Origin: Acidimicrobiia bacterium
GTDB lineage: Bacteria; Actinomycetota; Acidimicrobiia; Acidimicrobiales; Bin134
Length of the DNA: 64,000 bases
NCBI GenBank assembly: GCA_009843865.1
Contig: VYCQ01000035.1
Span: 27,978-91,977 of the forward strand
Direction of reading: 5' to 3'
Shown: positions 41,052-48,799 of the stretch, in pieces
Layout: each line of letters starts with the position of its first letter
How positions within the stretch are numbered: the first letter of the stretch is position 1
Position numbers and translations under genes: made by a program
Notes under the pieces: model-generated
Databases searched by the model: none
What the model was told of the DNA's origin: nothing
What the model saw: the letters and a program-made list of their open reading frames with translations, nothing else

Positions 41052-41125
41052 TAGCGGCGGCCAGACTCGAACTGGCGACCTCTCGATTATGAGTCGAGCG
41101 CTCTTACCGACTGAGCTACGCCGCC
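41052..41125 (-). tRNA. tRNA-Met (anticodon CAT; elongator-type, Ile2/lysidine type not excluded)
   Basis: The reverse complement GGCGGCG-TA-GCTC-AGTCGGTAA-GAGC-G-CTCGA-CTCATAA-TCGAG-AGGTC-GCCAG-TTCGAGT-CTGGC-CGCCGCT-A is 74 nt. It lacks the three G-C pairs of the initiator anticodon stem. Confidence 0.88.
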
Positions 41126-41168
41126 CCAGAATCCATATAGCAGCCTTGAAGCTGCTAGCAGAACCCTG

Positions 41169-41241
41169 AGCCTCCTGAGAGAATCGAACTCTCGACCTTT
41201 TCCTTACCATGGAAACGCTCTGCCGACTGAGCTAAGGAGGC
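41169..41241 (-). tRNA. tRNA-Thr (anticodon GGT)
   Basis: The reverse complement GCCTCCT-TA-GCTC-AGTCGGCA-GAGC-G-TTTCC-ATGGTAA-GGAAA-AGGTC-GAGAG-TTCGATT-CTCTC-AGGAGGC-T is 73 nt. Confidence 0.92.
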
Positions 41242-41312
41242 GAAAAGCAAACTTTACCTTGCAAGGGGGGCAAACCGTGCCACTTGGTATTTATGGGGCT
41301 AACTTGACCTCA

Positions 41313-41840
41313 ATGATGATTCGAGCAGCCCGTCTCGCAGATGTTGCTGGCATCTGCGAGATCATCAACCATGAGATTTTGTATGACACCAACATCTTTG
41401 AGCTAGAACCCCGCACCCTGGCCGCTCAACAAACCTGGTTGCAAGATCGCAAAGGAGTACACGCTGTGTTGGTGGCCTCGGCCTCCGATAACGACAGCCA
41501 AGTTTTAGGCTTTGCATCTTTATCTCCTTTTCGCTCTCGCTGCGCTTATAACAGCACCGTGGAAAACTCGGTGTATGTGCATCAAGACCACAGGGGCCAA
41601 GGAATCGGAAAAGCCTTGCTGACGGAAACGGTTAGCTTGGCCAAAAGCCATGGATTTCACACCGTGATCGCCCGAATTTCAGGTGGCAATGAAGTCTCAG
41701 TTGCAGTACATCGTTTGGTTGGTTTCGAGGTAGTGGGAACCGAGCGTGAAGTGGGTCGCAAGTTTGGCCGCTGGCTAGACGTAATCGTGATGCAGCTAAT
41801 GCTAAACGAGCAAACATCTCAGCAATCATCGCAGTGCTAA
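41313..41840 (+). CDS. GNAT family N-acetyltransferase (phosphinothricin/amino-acid N-acetyltransferase-like)
   Basis: 'MMIRAARLADVAGICEIINHEI' N-terminus and motif A 'HRGQGIGKALL'. The start is set at ATG 41313 inside the tracked ORF. Confidence 0.85.
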   Translation: MMIRAARLADVAGICEIINHEILYDTNIFELEPRTLAAQQTWLQDRKGVHAVLVASASDNDSQVLGFASLSPFRSRCAYNSTVENSVYVHQDHRGQGIGKALLTETVSLAKSHGFHTVIARISGGNEVSVAVHRLVGFEVVGTEREVGRKFGRWLDVIVMQLMLNEQTSQQSSQC

Positions 41841-41897
41841 GCACGGGCTTGAAGACCCGCCATTCAGTCTCAGCAGTGAGACCAACAATGAGGTTTG

Positions 41898-41980
41898 TGG
41901 GCCGGGGAGGATTTGAACCTCCGAAGGCTAATGCCGACGGGTTTACAGCCCGTTCCCTTTGGCCACTCGGGCACCGACCC
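41898..41980 (-). tRNA. tRNA-Tyr (anticodon GTA, long variable arm)
   Basis: The reverse complement is GGGTCGG-TG-CCCGAGTGGCCAAAGGGA-ACGGG-CTGTAAA-CCCGT-CGGCATTAGCCTTCGGA-GGTTCAAATCC-...CCGGCCC-A. It closely parallels the E. coli tRNA-Tyr architecture. Confidence 0.9.
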
Positions 41981-42047
41981 AACCAAGCAACAACCCTACC
42001 TGCCTAATCTGCGCCGAACCCATTCTGTGGCTAAACTTGATGGCCTT

Positions 42048-42122
42048 GCGCTTGTAGCTCAGTTGGAATAGAGCGTCTGACTACGGATCAGAAGGCCGGG
42101 GGTTCGAGTCCCTCCAAGCGCG
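42048..42122 (+). tRNA. tRNA-Arg (anticodon ACG)
   Basis: GCGCTTG-TA-GCTC-AGTTGGAATA-GAGC-G-TCTGA-CTACGGA-TCAGA-AGGCC-GGGGG-TTCGAGT-CCCTC-CAAGCGC-G. Confidence 0.92.
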
Positions 42123-42177
42123 CTTGCTTCTGCAAGCCAACCACGGCCACACCTAGTACTTAAAGGGCAGCAACAAG

Positions 42178-43200
42178 CTAACCGGCGATCGCTTGAGCTA
42201 TAGAAAGGTCTACGCGACGGCGTTTGCGATCTACGGCCAGCACCTTTACCCACACTTCTTCGCCGGGCAACACCACTTCTTCAGGGCGATGCACTCGATA
42301 CTCAGCCATCTCGGTGATGTAAACCAAACCTTCAACGTTGTCGTTCAGCATCACAAAGGCCCCAAAGTCCGCTAAACGGCTGACCCTGCCTAGCATCAGC
42401 CCCCCAACTTCCAAGCTGCTTAGCGGATCGGCATCTAACTTCATGGTGAGGTTAACTCGCCGTTTTGCTGCTTGCACCGACTTCACCCGCACCTTGACCT
42501 CATCGCCTACCGCCACCAACTCGCTGGGGTGCTGCACCCGCTTCCAAGCCAGTTCGTTTCTGTGAACCAACCCTCGCACACCGTTAATATCCACAAACAC
42601 ACCAAAGTCTTGGACATCTACCACCTTACCGATGTGCTCATCTCCCGATGCCATCAACTCCAGCAGCTCTTTGGCAGCCTTACGCTGTATACCGCGCAGA
42701 ACGGCCTTGCGAGAAAGCACCAATCTTCCCGACATCTGATCGGCATCCACCACCTTGCACTGAACCTCGCGCCCCACCAAGGCCGACAAGTTCTCTACCG
42801 GTGCCACATCCACCAGCGACAATGGAATAAAACCTCGCACCCCCACATCACAGCTCAAACCACCTTTCACAACAGCAGTGATGATGCCGGTAACAGGCTC
42901 GCCGTTTTCCGCTGCCCGCGCAATTTTGGCCCAGGCAATCTGTTGTAGCGCCCACAAGCGTGACAACACGATACGTCCCTTATGGTCTTCTCGTACCAGC
43001 ACCGCTGCGTTGATCACCTCACCCAAGACACATTCACGGGTGAGGTCGGCGGCTGCATCGTTGCTCCAGTAGCGCTGACTGATTACCCCGACCCTGCCAC
43101 CTCCCAGATCAAGTTCCACCTCGTGGATGGCCTTGGTCTTAACCGACCCAGCCACGATCGTACCGCTGGCGAGCCCGTCCACCGTCTCAGACTCAGACAT
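42178..43200 (-). CDS. S1 RNA-binding domain protein (four S1/OB repeats)
   Basis: Repeated S1 motifs, e.g. 'GIITAVVKGGLSCDVGVRGFIPLS', 'GKVVDVQDFGVFVDINGVRGLVHRNEL' and 'GRVSRLADFGAFVMLNDNVEGLVYITEM'. The start is set at ATG 43200 so that it does not overlap the divergent pcrA. Confidence 0.8.
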   Translation of the reverse strand: MSESETVDGLASGTIVAGSVKTKAIHEVELDLGGGRVGVISQRYWSNDAAADLTRECVLGEVINAAVLVREDHKGRIVLSRLWALQQIAWAKIARAAENGEPVTGIITAVVKGGLSCDVGVRGFIPLSLVDVAPVENLSALVGREVQCKVVDADQMSGRLVLSRKAVLRGIQRKAAKELLELMASGDEHIGKVVDVQDFGVFVDINGVRGLVHRNELAWKRVQHPSELVAVGDEVKVRVKSVQAAKRRVNLTMKLDADPLSSLEVGGLMLGRVSRLADFGAFVMLNDNVEGLVYITEMAEYRVHRPEEVVLPGEEVWVKVLAVDRKRRRVDLSIAQAIAG

Positions 43201-43255
43201 AGAGGCATTAACCCTAATAGCGTGCAACGTGACACGGACACCGTATTCTAAAACA

Positions 43256-45478
43256 ATGTCTTCGGCAGGGCTCACCACAGGGTTAAACCCCGCCCAAGTA
43301 GAAGCAGTTACTCATCACGGCGGCCCGTTGTTGGTAGTGGCTGGAGCAGGTTCGGGTAAGACGCGCGTGCTGACCCATCGCATCGCCCATCTCATAGATG
43401 AACGGGATGTGTCTCCGTTTGCCATCTTGGCCATCACCTTCACCAACAAGGCTGCTCAAGAGATGAAAAACCGAGTGGGCAGCCTTATTGGGCCAGTAGC
43501 CAACAAAATGTGGGTAAGCACCTTTCACTCCGCCTGCGCCCGCATTTTGCGCTATGAGGCTGAGGCCATTGACTTTCCATCCAGCTTCACCATCTACGAC
43601 CAAGCCGACTCAGTAAGGCTTACCAACACCATCTTGCGCAGCCTCAACTACGACACTAAAAAGATGCCCCCCCGCTCGATACACGCCGCCATCAGCGCAG
43701 CCAAAAACGAGATGTTGAGCGTGTCACAATTCAAAGACAGAGCCAGCAATGTCTTTGAGCGACGTGTAGGCGAAATCTACGAGGAGTATCAGCGACGCTT
43801 ACACCAAGCCGGGGCCATGGATTTTGACGACTTGTTGGGCAACACCGTAGAGCTGTTTCGCCGCGCGCCCGAAGTGCTGACCCATTACCGGCAACGCTTT
43901 CAACATATCTTGGTTGATGAGTTCCAAGATACCAACCAAGTGCAGAACAACCTAGTGATCGCGTTGGGCCAAGATCACCGCAATGTGTTTGCTGTAGGAG
44001 ATGCCGATCAGTCGGTGTACCGGTTTCGCGGAGCAGACGTGCGCAACATTTTAGAGTTTGAGCGGGCTTTTACCGATGCCAAGGTGGTGCTACTAGAGCA
44101 AAACTACCGCTCAACCCAGCGTATTTTAGACACTGCCAACGCGGTTATTGAAAACAACTTGGGCCGCAAACCTAAAAAGCTTTGGACAGACACAGACGGC
44201 GGTGAACCCATCGTCCGCTACTGCGCTACCGACGAGTATGCCGAAGCTCGCTGGGTTGTGCAAGAAGCCTCTCGATTACATGAGGAAGAGCAGGTTCGCT
44301 GGGATGAGATAGCGGTGTTCTACCGCACCAATGCCCAAAGCAGGGCTATAGAAGAGGTGCTCTTAGAGGCAGGGCTGCCCTATCAGCTTATTGGTGGTAC
44401 CCGCTTCTACGACCGCAGGGAGATAAAAGATGCCCTGGCCTATTTACGGGTGGTGGTAAACCCCGCCGATGCGGTCAGCCTGCGCAGGGCAATAGCAGCA
44501 CCCAAACGAGGTGTGGGCGATACCTCTATCGCCAAGCTTCAATCTTGGGCTGATGTCCATGGCTTGAACTTGATGGATGCCTTTGCCAATGCTAGCGACG
44601 CTGGGGTTAAGGGGAAGGCGTTGAGCGGGATTCAAGTCTTCCTCAAAATGATTGAGGATGCCCGTGAACTGCTGAGCGGCGGCCCTGTAATGGTATTAGA
44701 ACACCTATTGGATACCAGCGGCTACCGAGCACAACAAACCGCCGAAGCGCGCTACGAATCAGGCGGGCCAACAGAAATAAGCGTGCAAGCGCAAGGACGG
44801 TTAGAGAACCTTGACGAGTTGGTAAGCGTGGCTTCGGAGTTCGACAACATGGGTGACTTTTTGGAGCAAATCAGCTTAGTGTCTGACACAGACGACATGA
44901 CCGACGACTCTGGCCTGACCTTAATGACCTTGCATTCGGCTAAAGGGTTGGAATACCCGGTGGTGTTCTTAGTAGGCATGGAAGAAAGCGTGTTTCCACA
45001 TGCCCGCTCACTGACCGAGCCCGCAGAGCTGGAAGAAGAACGTCGTTTGGCTTATGTGGGCATAACCAGGGCTCAGCAACGGCTGTATCTAACACATGCC
45101 TGGGCTCGCAACGTTCACGGCACGACCATGTACAACGCAGCTTCTAGATTCTTAGAAGAAATACCCGCAGAGCTAGTGGACAACCGTGGCAGCAGCCGCA
45201 GCCGCTCGTCTGGATTTGGCTATAGGCGCAGTGCAGATAGCCCTGTCAGCCGCAACCATAGCCAGACAACTGCCAACTATGCTGGGATCACCCCCGTGGC
45301 AGCCGACCCCGATCCTGTACATGTTGCCGTGGGCGACGATGTAAACCACGCCAAGTTCGGCCTCGGCGTGGTTACCGACATCAAAAACACAGACAAAGAT
45401 GCTGAAATAACCGTTAACTTCGTCTCTGCTGGCAACAAAGTGCTACTCGCATCCTACGCCCGCCTGGAGAAGGTGTAA
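43256..45478 (+). CDS. pcrA: ATP-dependent DNA helicase PcrA/UvrD (SF1)
   Basis: Motif I 'AGAGSGKTRVLTHR', motif II 'ILVDEFQDTN', 'YRSTQRIL', 'TLHSAKGLEYPVVFL', 'RLAYVGITRA', and a C-terminal Tudor-like 'VNHAKFGLGVVTDI'. The start is set at ATG 43256. Confidence 0.92.
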   Translation: MSSAGLTTGLNPAQVEAVTHHGGPLLVVAGAGSGKTRVLTHRIAHLIDERDVSPFAILAITFTNKAAQEMKNRVGSLIGPVANKMWVSTFHSACARILRYEAEAIDFPSSFTIYDQADSVRLTNTILRSLNYDTKKMPPRSIHAAISAAKNEMLSVSQFKDRASNVFERRVGEIYEEYQRRLHQAGAMDFDDLLGNTVELFRRAPEVLTHYRQRFQHILVDEFQDTNQVQNNLVIALGQDHRNVFAVGDADQSVYRFRGADVRNILEFERAFTDAKVVLLEQNYRSTQRILDTANAVIENNLGRKPKKLWTDTDGGEPIVRYCATDEYAEARWVVQEASRLHEEEQVRWDEIAVFYRTNAQSRAIEEVLLEAGLPYQLIGGTRFYDRREIKDALAYLRVVVNPADAVSLRRAIAAPKRGVGDTSIAKLQSWADVHGLNLMDAFANASDAGVKGKALSGIQVFLKMIEDARELLSGGPVMVLEHLLDTSGYRAQQTAEARYESGGPTEISVQAQGRLENLDELVSVASEFDNMGDFLEQISLVSDTDDMTDDSGLTLMTLHSAKGLEYPVVFLVGMEESVFPHARSLTEPAELEEERRLAYVGITRAQQRLYLTHAWARNVHGTTMYNAASRFLEEIPAELVDNRGSSRSRSSGFGYRRSADSPVSRNHSQTTANYAGITPVAADPDPVHVAVGDDVNHAKFGLGVVTDIKNTDKDAEITVNFVSAGNKVLLASYARLEKV

Positions 45479-45643
45479 CCAACAAGCACATGCCAGCAAC
45501 GACCAACATTCAATTTATGACAACACCCCCGCCAATCAATCTCCGCTGGCACAATCCCGCTAAACAATGATAATGGTAAAGCGGTTCCGCTGCTCAGCCG
45601 CCAGATGGTGAACCGCAGCCCGTTGTGACTACTGTGATCCTAG

Positions 45644-46699
45644 ATGTCCCCCGCTGATCGCGCTTCTGGGAATCATCGTATTCCACTGAAAGAGAACAGG
45701 ATGGTCAAACTCGGCGGGCGGCAGGTGCATGTGACAGAGGTGTTTTGGTCGTATTGGCGGCTAGCAGCTGAGCGACAGGCGATCTTTTTTCGCCGCGTGT
45801 CTGAAGAAGCTGGCCCGTGGACCGACGATCCCATTTTGGGCCGCTACAGGTTTACAAATGCATATCGCGCGTCAGATCGAGTAAGTCAGTACCTGCTCCA
45901 TCATGTGATCTACGACGAGGAGCGAGATGCCCTTGACACAATCCTGCGCGTTCTGCTTTTTAAGATTTTCAACAGGGTGAACACCTGGGAGTACCTGGTT
46001 GATCGCGTAGGACAGCCGACAGCAACTGGCTACAACACCGATGCATACATGAAAGCGTTGGACGAGCTGCTCGAGCAAGGCCGACGCGTGTATTCAGCGG
46101 CCTACATAATGCCGAATCCGCAGCTTGGTGCAAACCGCAAACATCACAATCATCTGTCTCTGGTCGAGATGCTGCTGCGGACGGGTGTAATTGCAGACCT
46201 TGAGAAAGCCAGTTCGCTGAGATCCCTGTATGAACAGCTCTGCGAAGTACCGTCGTTTGGCCCATTCTTGGCATTTCAGTACGCCATCGATCTGAACTAC
46301 TCACCGCACTTCGAATTTGACGAAATGGAGTTCGTTGTGGCGGGCCCAGGTGCTTTGCGGGGTATTGGCAAGTGCTTCGCGGACACCGGCGGCCTCGACG
46401 CGGCCAGTGTGATCGCAGCAATGGCGGATTCGGCGACTGGCTTCTTTGAAACGACTCCGATGCTGACACCGTTTCGGGACTTGTGGGGTCGTTCTCTTCA
46501 ACTCATTGACTGTCAGAACCTATTCTGCGAGGTCGACAAGTATGCCCGAGTCGCTCACCCCCAACACTCGGTGGATGGGCCGAGCCGCATCAAACAGGTG
46601 TACCGGACTGACCACCGACCCTTGACACTGGGCTACCCACCGAAGTGGGGATTACCGCTTTCCGCGCAGACCCCATCCTTCTTCGGCCTAGCTAGCTAG
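45644..46699 (+). CDS. Putative DNA base hypermodification protein (alpha-glutamyl/putrescinyl-thymine pyrophosphorylase, aGPT-Pplase-like)
   Basis: 351-aa ORF. The N-terminal pattern 'WSYWRLAAERQAIFFRR...GPWTDDPILGRYRFTNAYRASDRVSQYL' matches my recollection of the aGPT-Pplase / 'nucleotide kinase domain-containing' family signature. The assignment is motif-based only. An alternative start is ATG 45701. Confidence 0.5.
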   Translation: MSPADRASGNHRIPLKENRMVKLGGRQVHVTEVFWSYWRLAAERQAIFFRRVSEEAGPWTDDPILGRYRFTNAYRASDRVSQYLLHHVIYDEERDALDTILRVLLFKIFNRVNTWEYLVDRVGQPTATGYNTDAYMKALDELLEQGRRVYSAAYIMPNPQLGANRKHHNHLSLVEMLLRTGVIADLEKASSLRSLYEQLCEVPSFGPFLAFQYAIDLNYSPHFEFDEMEFVVAGPGALRGIGKCFADTGGLDAASVIAAMADSATGFFETTPMLTPFRDLWGRSLQLIDCQNLFCEVDKYARVAHPQHSVDGPSRIKQVYRTDHRPLTLGYPPKWGLPLSAQTPSFFGLAS

Positions 46700-46729
46700 A
46701 TCCAAACAGCCACTTCACACGCAAATTGC

Positions 46730-46758
46730 TTGACGCTTGATGTCAGATAATCTAACAT
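46730..46758 (+). promoter_or_regulatory. Candidate sigma-70-type promoter placing the transcription start at or next to the carrier-protein ATG (leaderless mRNA candidate)
   Basis: TTGACG (46730-46735), a 17-nt spacer, then TAACAT (46753-46758). Only 7 nt separate the -10 element from the ATG at 46766, and no Shine-Dalgarno sequence is present. Confidence 0.3.
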
Positions 46759-46765
46759 TCATGTC

Positions 46766-47095
46766 ATGGCGAATGACATTGACACGGGGAGCATCTCCCC
46801 ACCTCAACGTAAACCTGAGAGCACGGTCAATGTCCGCGGACTCAGCGAGAGCGAGCTTGAGATCTATGTAAGCGCTTTGCTCACGAGCATCGGTGAAGCC
46901 CCAAGCGGTTCCAGTGCTGGCGTGGCTAGCCTCGCGGCGGTGTGGGTGATCAGTCAGGTCGAAGAAGCATGCGGAGGTGGACACCTCGTCAATCCCAAGG
47001 ACCTCACCAAAGATGATTTCGCTACTTCAACAGCCCTGAGCCGAATGCTGCATCGGCAGATCCACAAGCAAGATGCACCACTAGTTGAGTTATGA
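46766..47095 (+). CDS. Acyl/peptidyl carrier protein-like ORF
   Basis: 109-aa ORF. 'ELEIYVSALLTSIGEAP...SAGVASLAAVWVISQVEEACGGGHLVNPKDLTKDDFATSTALSRML' fits the four-helix carrier layout, with 'GVASL' in place of the G-x-D-S-L phosphopantetheine-attachment site (Ser retained). Its stop overlaps the next ATG (ATGA), and an AcpS-type PPTase lies two genes downstream. Confidence 0.5.
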   Translation: MANDIDTGSISPPQRKPESTVNVRGLSESELEIYVSALLTSIGEAPSGSSAGVASLAAVWVISQVEEACGGGHLVNPKDLTKDDFATSTALSRMLHRQIHKQDAPLVEL

Positions 47096-47922
47096 GTGAC
47101 CTGCTCGATACAACCAAGACGCTGAGTGAGGCATGGCTCCGGGCACTGGCACATGCGGCCAGTCAGCGGAAAGGCCGCTGCGTTCACCTGGTGATGACAG
47201 TTGAGAGTCCCGGCTTAGAGGACGAGACCATTCGCGACGTGCTCGACCTAACGCTCGATGAGGCGGGAGACCAGAGCGTAGAGACGGTTGCGGGAACAAT
47301 TTTCCCGAACTCGCTCTACCAGAGTCCCGGATTCTCGTGGTCGCCCGACCTCGATGGGCAGTCAGTCAGACAGCTAGATGCTGCTGCAAACAACCTTTAT
47401 GAGCGCTACGTGAGCATGCTGACCGTGTTGCGGAGAGTCCGAAGGAACAACCGAGGAACTTATTTCTCGCGAATGATCACCTGGCCGGGCAAGGATGCCG
47501 ACGGAACGAATCAATTGGACCTGAGGATCTCTCGCATTCGCAGTGAGTTTGCGAGAGGGCATCGAACCAACAACACGCTTGACATTGATGTTGGTGCCGA
47601 TGCCCTCGCTCCAGAATTGCTAACCGGAATACAGGTCTATATGCCGAGCGAGCAACGGACGCGGAGCTTTCCCTGCTTAGTGCATATCGATTTGACCTTG
47701 TTCGAAGGAACGTTGCACTGCACAGCCGTGTACCGCCACCAGTACCTCATCACAAAGGCATACGGGAACTTGGTCGGCCTCAGCCGTCTGATGCACTTCT
47801 TGTGCGAACAGACGGGTACTAAGTGCGGCGAACTGGTAGTCCATGCAACGTTGGCCGACGCGGAACCCGATCACCGACCGAAGCCACTAGCACTCGTGAA
47901 GTCGATGGGAGCGCTGCTGTGA
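47092..47922 (+). CDS. Divergent thymidylate-synthase-fold protein
   Basis: 276-aa ORF. 'SFPCLVHIDLTLFEGTLHCTAVYRHQYLITKAYGNLVGLSRLMHFLCEQTGTKCGELVV' aligns by eye with the TS core '[59 protein letters not shown]'. The P-C nucleophile and the Asn are retained. The D of 'RSxD' and the 'DxHxY' block are not. Confidence 0.5.
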   Translation: MSDLLDTTKTLSEAWLRALAHAASQRKGRCVHLVMTVESPGLEDETIRDVLDLTLDEAGDQSVETVAGTIFPNSLYQSPGFSWSPDLDGQSVRQLDAAANNLYERYVSMLTVLRRVRRNNRGTYFSRMITWPGKDADGTNQLDLRISRIRSEFARGHRTNNTLDIDVGADALAPELLTGIQVYMPSEQRTRSFPCLVHIDLTLFEGTLHCTAVYRHQYLITKAYGNLVGLSRLMHFLCEQTGTKCGELVVHATLADAEPDHRPKPLALVKSMGALL

Positions 47923-48422
47923 AGGGCGACGATGCCCCTGTGGCTTTGCCGTCAACGGCTCTCGCTTCAGCAATGGATGCCGCGACGTTGGCTGAAGATC
48001 GCGACGGGGTCGTAGGTATTGGGATGGACCTCATATCGGTCCCAAGAATGGACCAACTTGTTTCCGAAGGCAGGCCAGCGTTTCTTGACCGTGGCTGGAC
48101 ACCAAGCGAATTAGCCGAAGCCGATGGTGACCCGGAACGGCTCGCCACACGGTGGGCTGCGAAAGAGGCGGCGATGAAGTGCTTAGGACTGGGGATCAGC
48201 GATCTCGACCCGCGAGACATCGAGATCACTACGTCAGAATCGGGGGCTCCGAAGGTCGCGTTACGTGGTCCGGCTGCCGAACGTGCCCAATCGCTTGGTA
48301 TCTCGAAGCTTCATGTCTCTGCCTCACATGAATGTGGCTGGGCTGCGGCAATCGCAGTTGCATCCAAATGGACGGGACAAGAGGATCTGGAAGTGCCACA
48401 TCAACGAAAGGACAAATCATGA
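47919..48422 (+). CDS. 4'-phosphopantetheinyl transferase, AcpS (holo-ACP synthase) type
   Basis: 'VVGIGMDLISVPRM...RWAAKEAAMKCLGLGI...DIEITTSESGAPKVAL...LHVSASHECGWAAAIAVA' matches AcpS blocks (GxDxxxxxR, KEAxxKA, SxSH). The GTG start at 47919 overlaps the upstream TGA (GTGA). An alternative start is ATG 47973. Confidence 0.75.
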   Translation: MKGDDAPVALPSTALASAMDAATLAEDRDGVVGIGMDLISVPRMDQLVSEGRPAFLDRGWTPSELAEADGDPERLATRWAAKEAAMKCLGLGISDLDPRDIEITTSESGAPKVALRGPAAERAQSLGISKLHVSASHECGWAAAIAVASKWTGQEDLEVPHQRKDKS

Positions 48423-48796
48423 GCATGGACGAACCCGAGTCCGACGCTAGCGAGCAGATTGCGTTCGCGCGGCGACTACGGGAAGCACGCGAGTACATTG
48501 GACTCCTCCAAGAGGATGTCGCGACTGCGCTGGACATTCCCAGAGCGAGCGTGTCGGCGATCGAGTCTGGGAAGCGTCGGGTCTCGTCGCTCGAGCTCAG
48601 GCGTCTAGGCCGCCTATACCGCCGACCCGTGTCGTGGCTGCTAGGAGAAAAGAGCACTGAAGCCGACATGAATGCGCCCCTGTATCGGGCGACCGAGGCG
48701 CTGTCGGACCAAGACAAGGAACAGGTCTTGCGTTTCGCAGAGTTTCTCGCCGGGGCGGGTCGACCCGGGGCCACCCGAGCCGAAGAAGCGGAGTAG
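48419..48796 (+). CDS. XRE-family helix-turn-helix transcriptional regulator
   Basis: 'IAFARRLREAREYIGLLQEDVATALDIPRASVSAIESGKRRVSSLELRRLGRLY' is a classic HTH_3/XRE domain. Its ATG overlaps the PPTase stop codon (ATGA). Confidence 0.85.
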   Translation: MSMDEPESDASEQIAFARRLREAREYIGLLQEDVATALDIPRASVSAIESGKRRVSSLELRRLGRLYRRPVSWLLGEKSTEADMNAPLYRATEALSDQDKEQVLRFAEFLAGAGRPGATRAEEAE

Positions 48797-48799
48797 CCC

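Noticed and set aside
45480-45643. The left island junction as an att site. A GCGGTTC...GAACCGC inverted repeat lies at about 45583-45620.
   Set aside because: I could find no matching direct repeat elsewhere in the window, no similarity to the nearby tRNA 3' ends, and no integrase gene. The evidence is insufficient.
46715-46984. 89-aa minus-strand ORF overlapping the carrier-protein-like ORF.
   Set aside because: The plus-strand ORF has carrier-like architecture, an ATGA junction with the next gene and a promoter-like element in front. The minus-strand ORF has none of these. This remains the main alternative if the carrier call fails.
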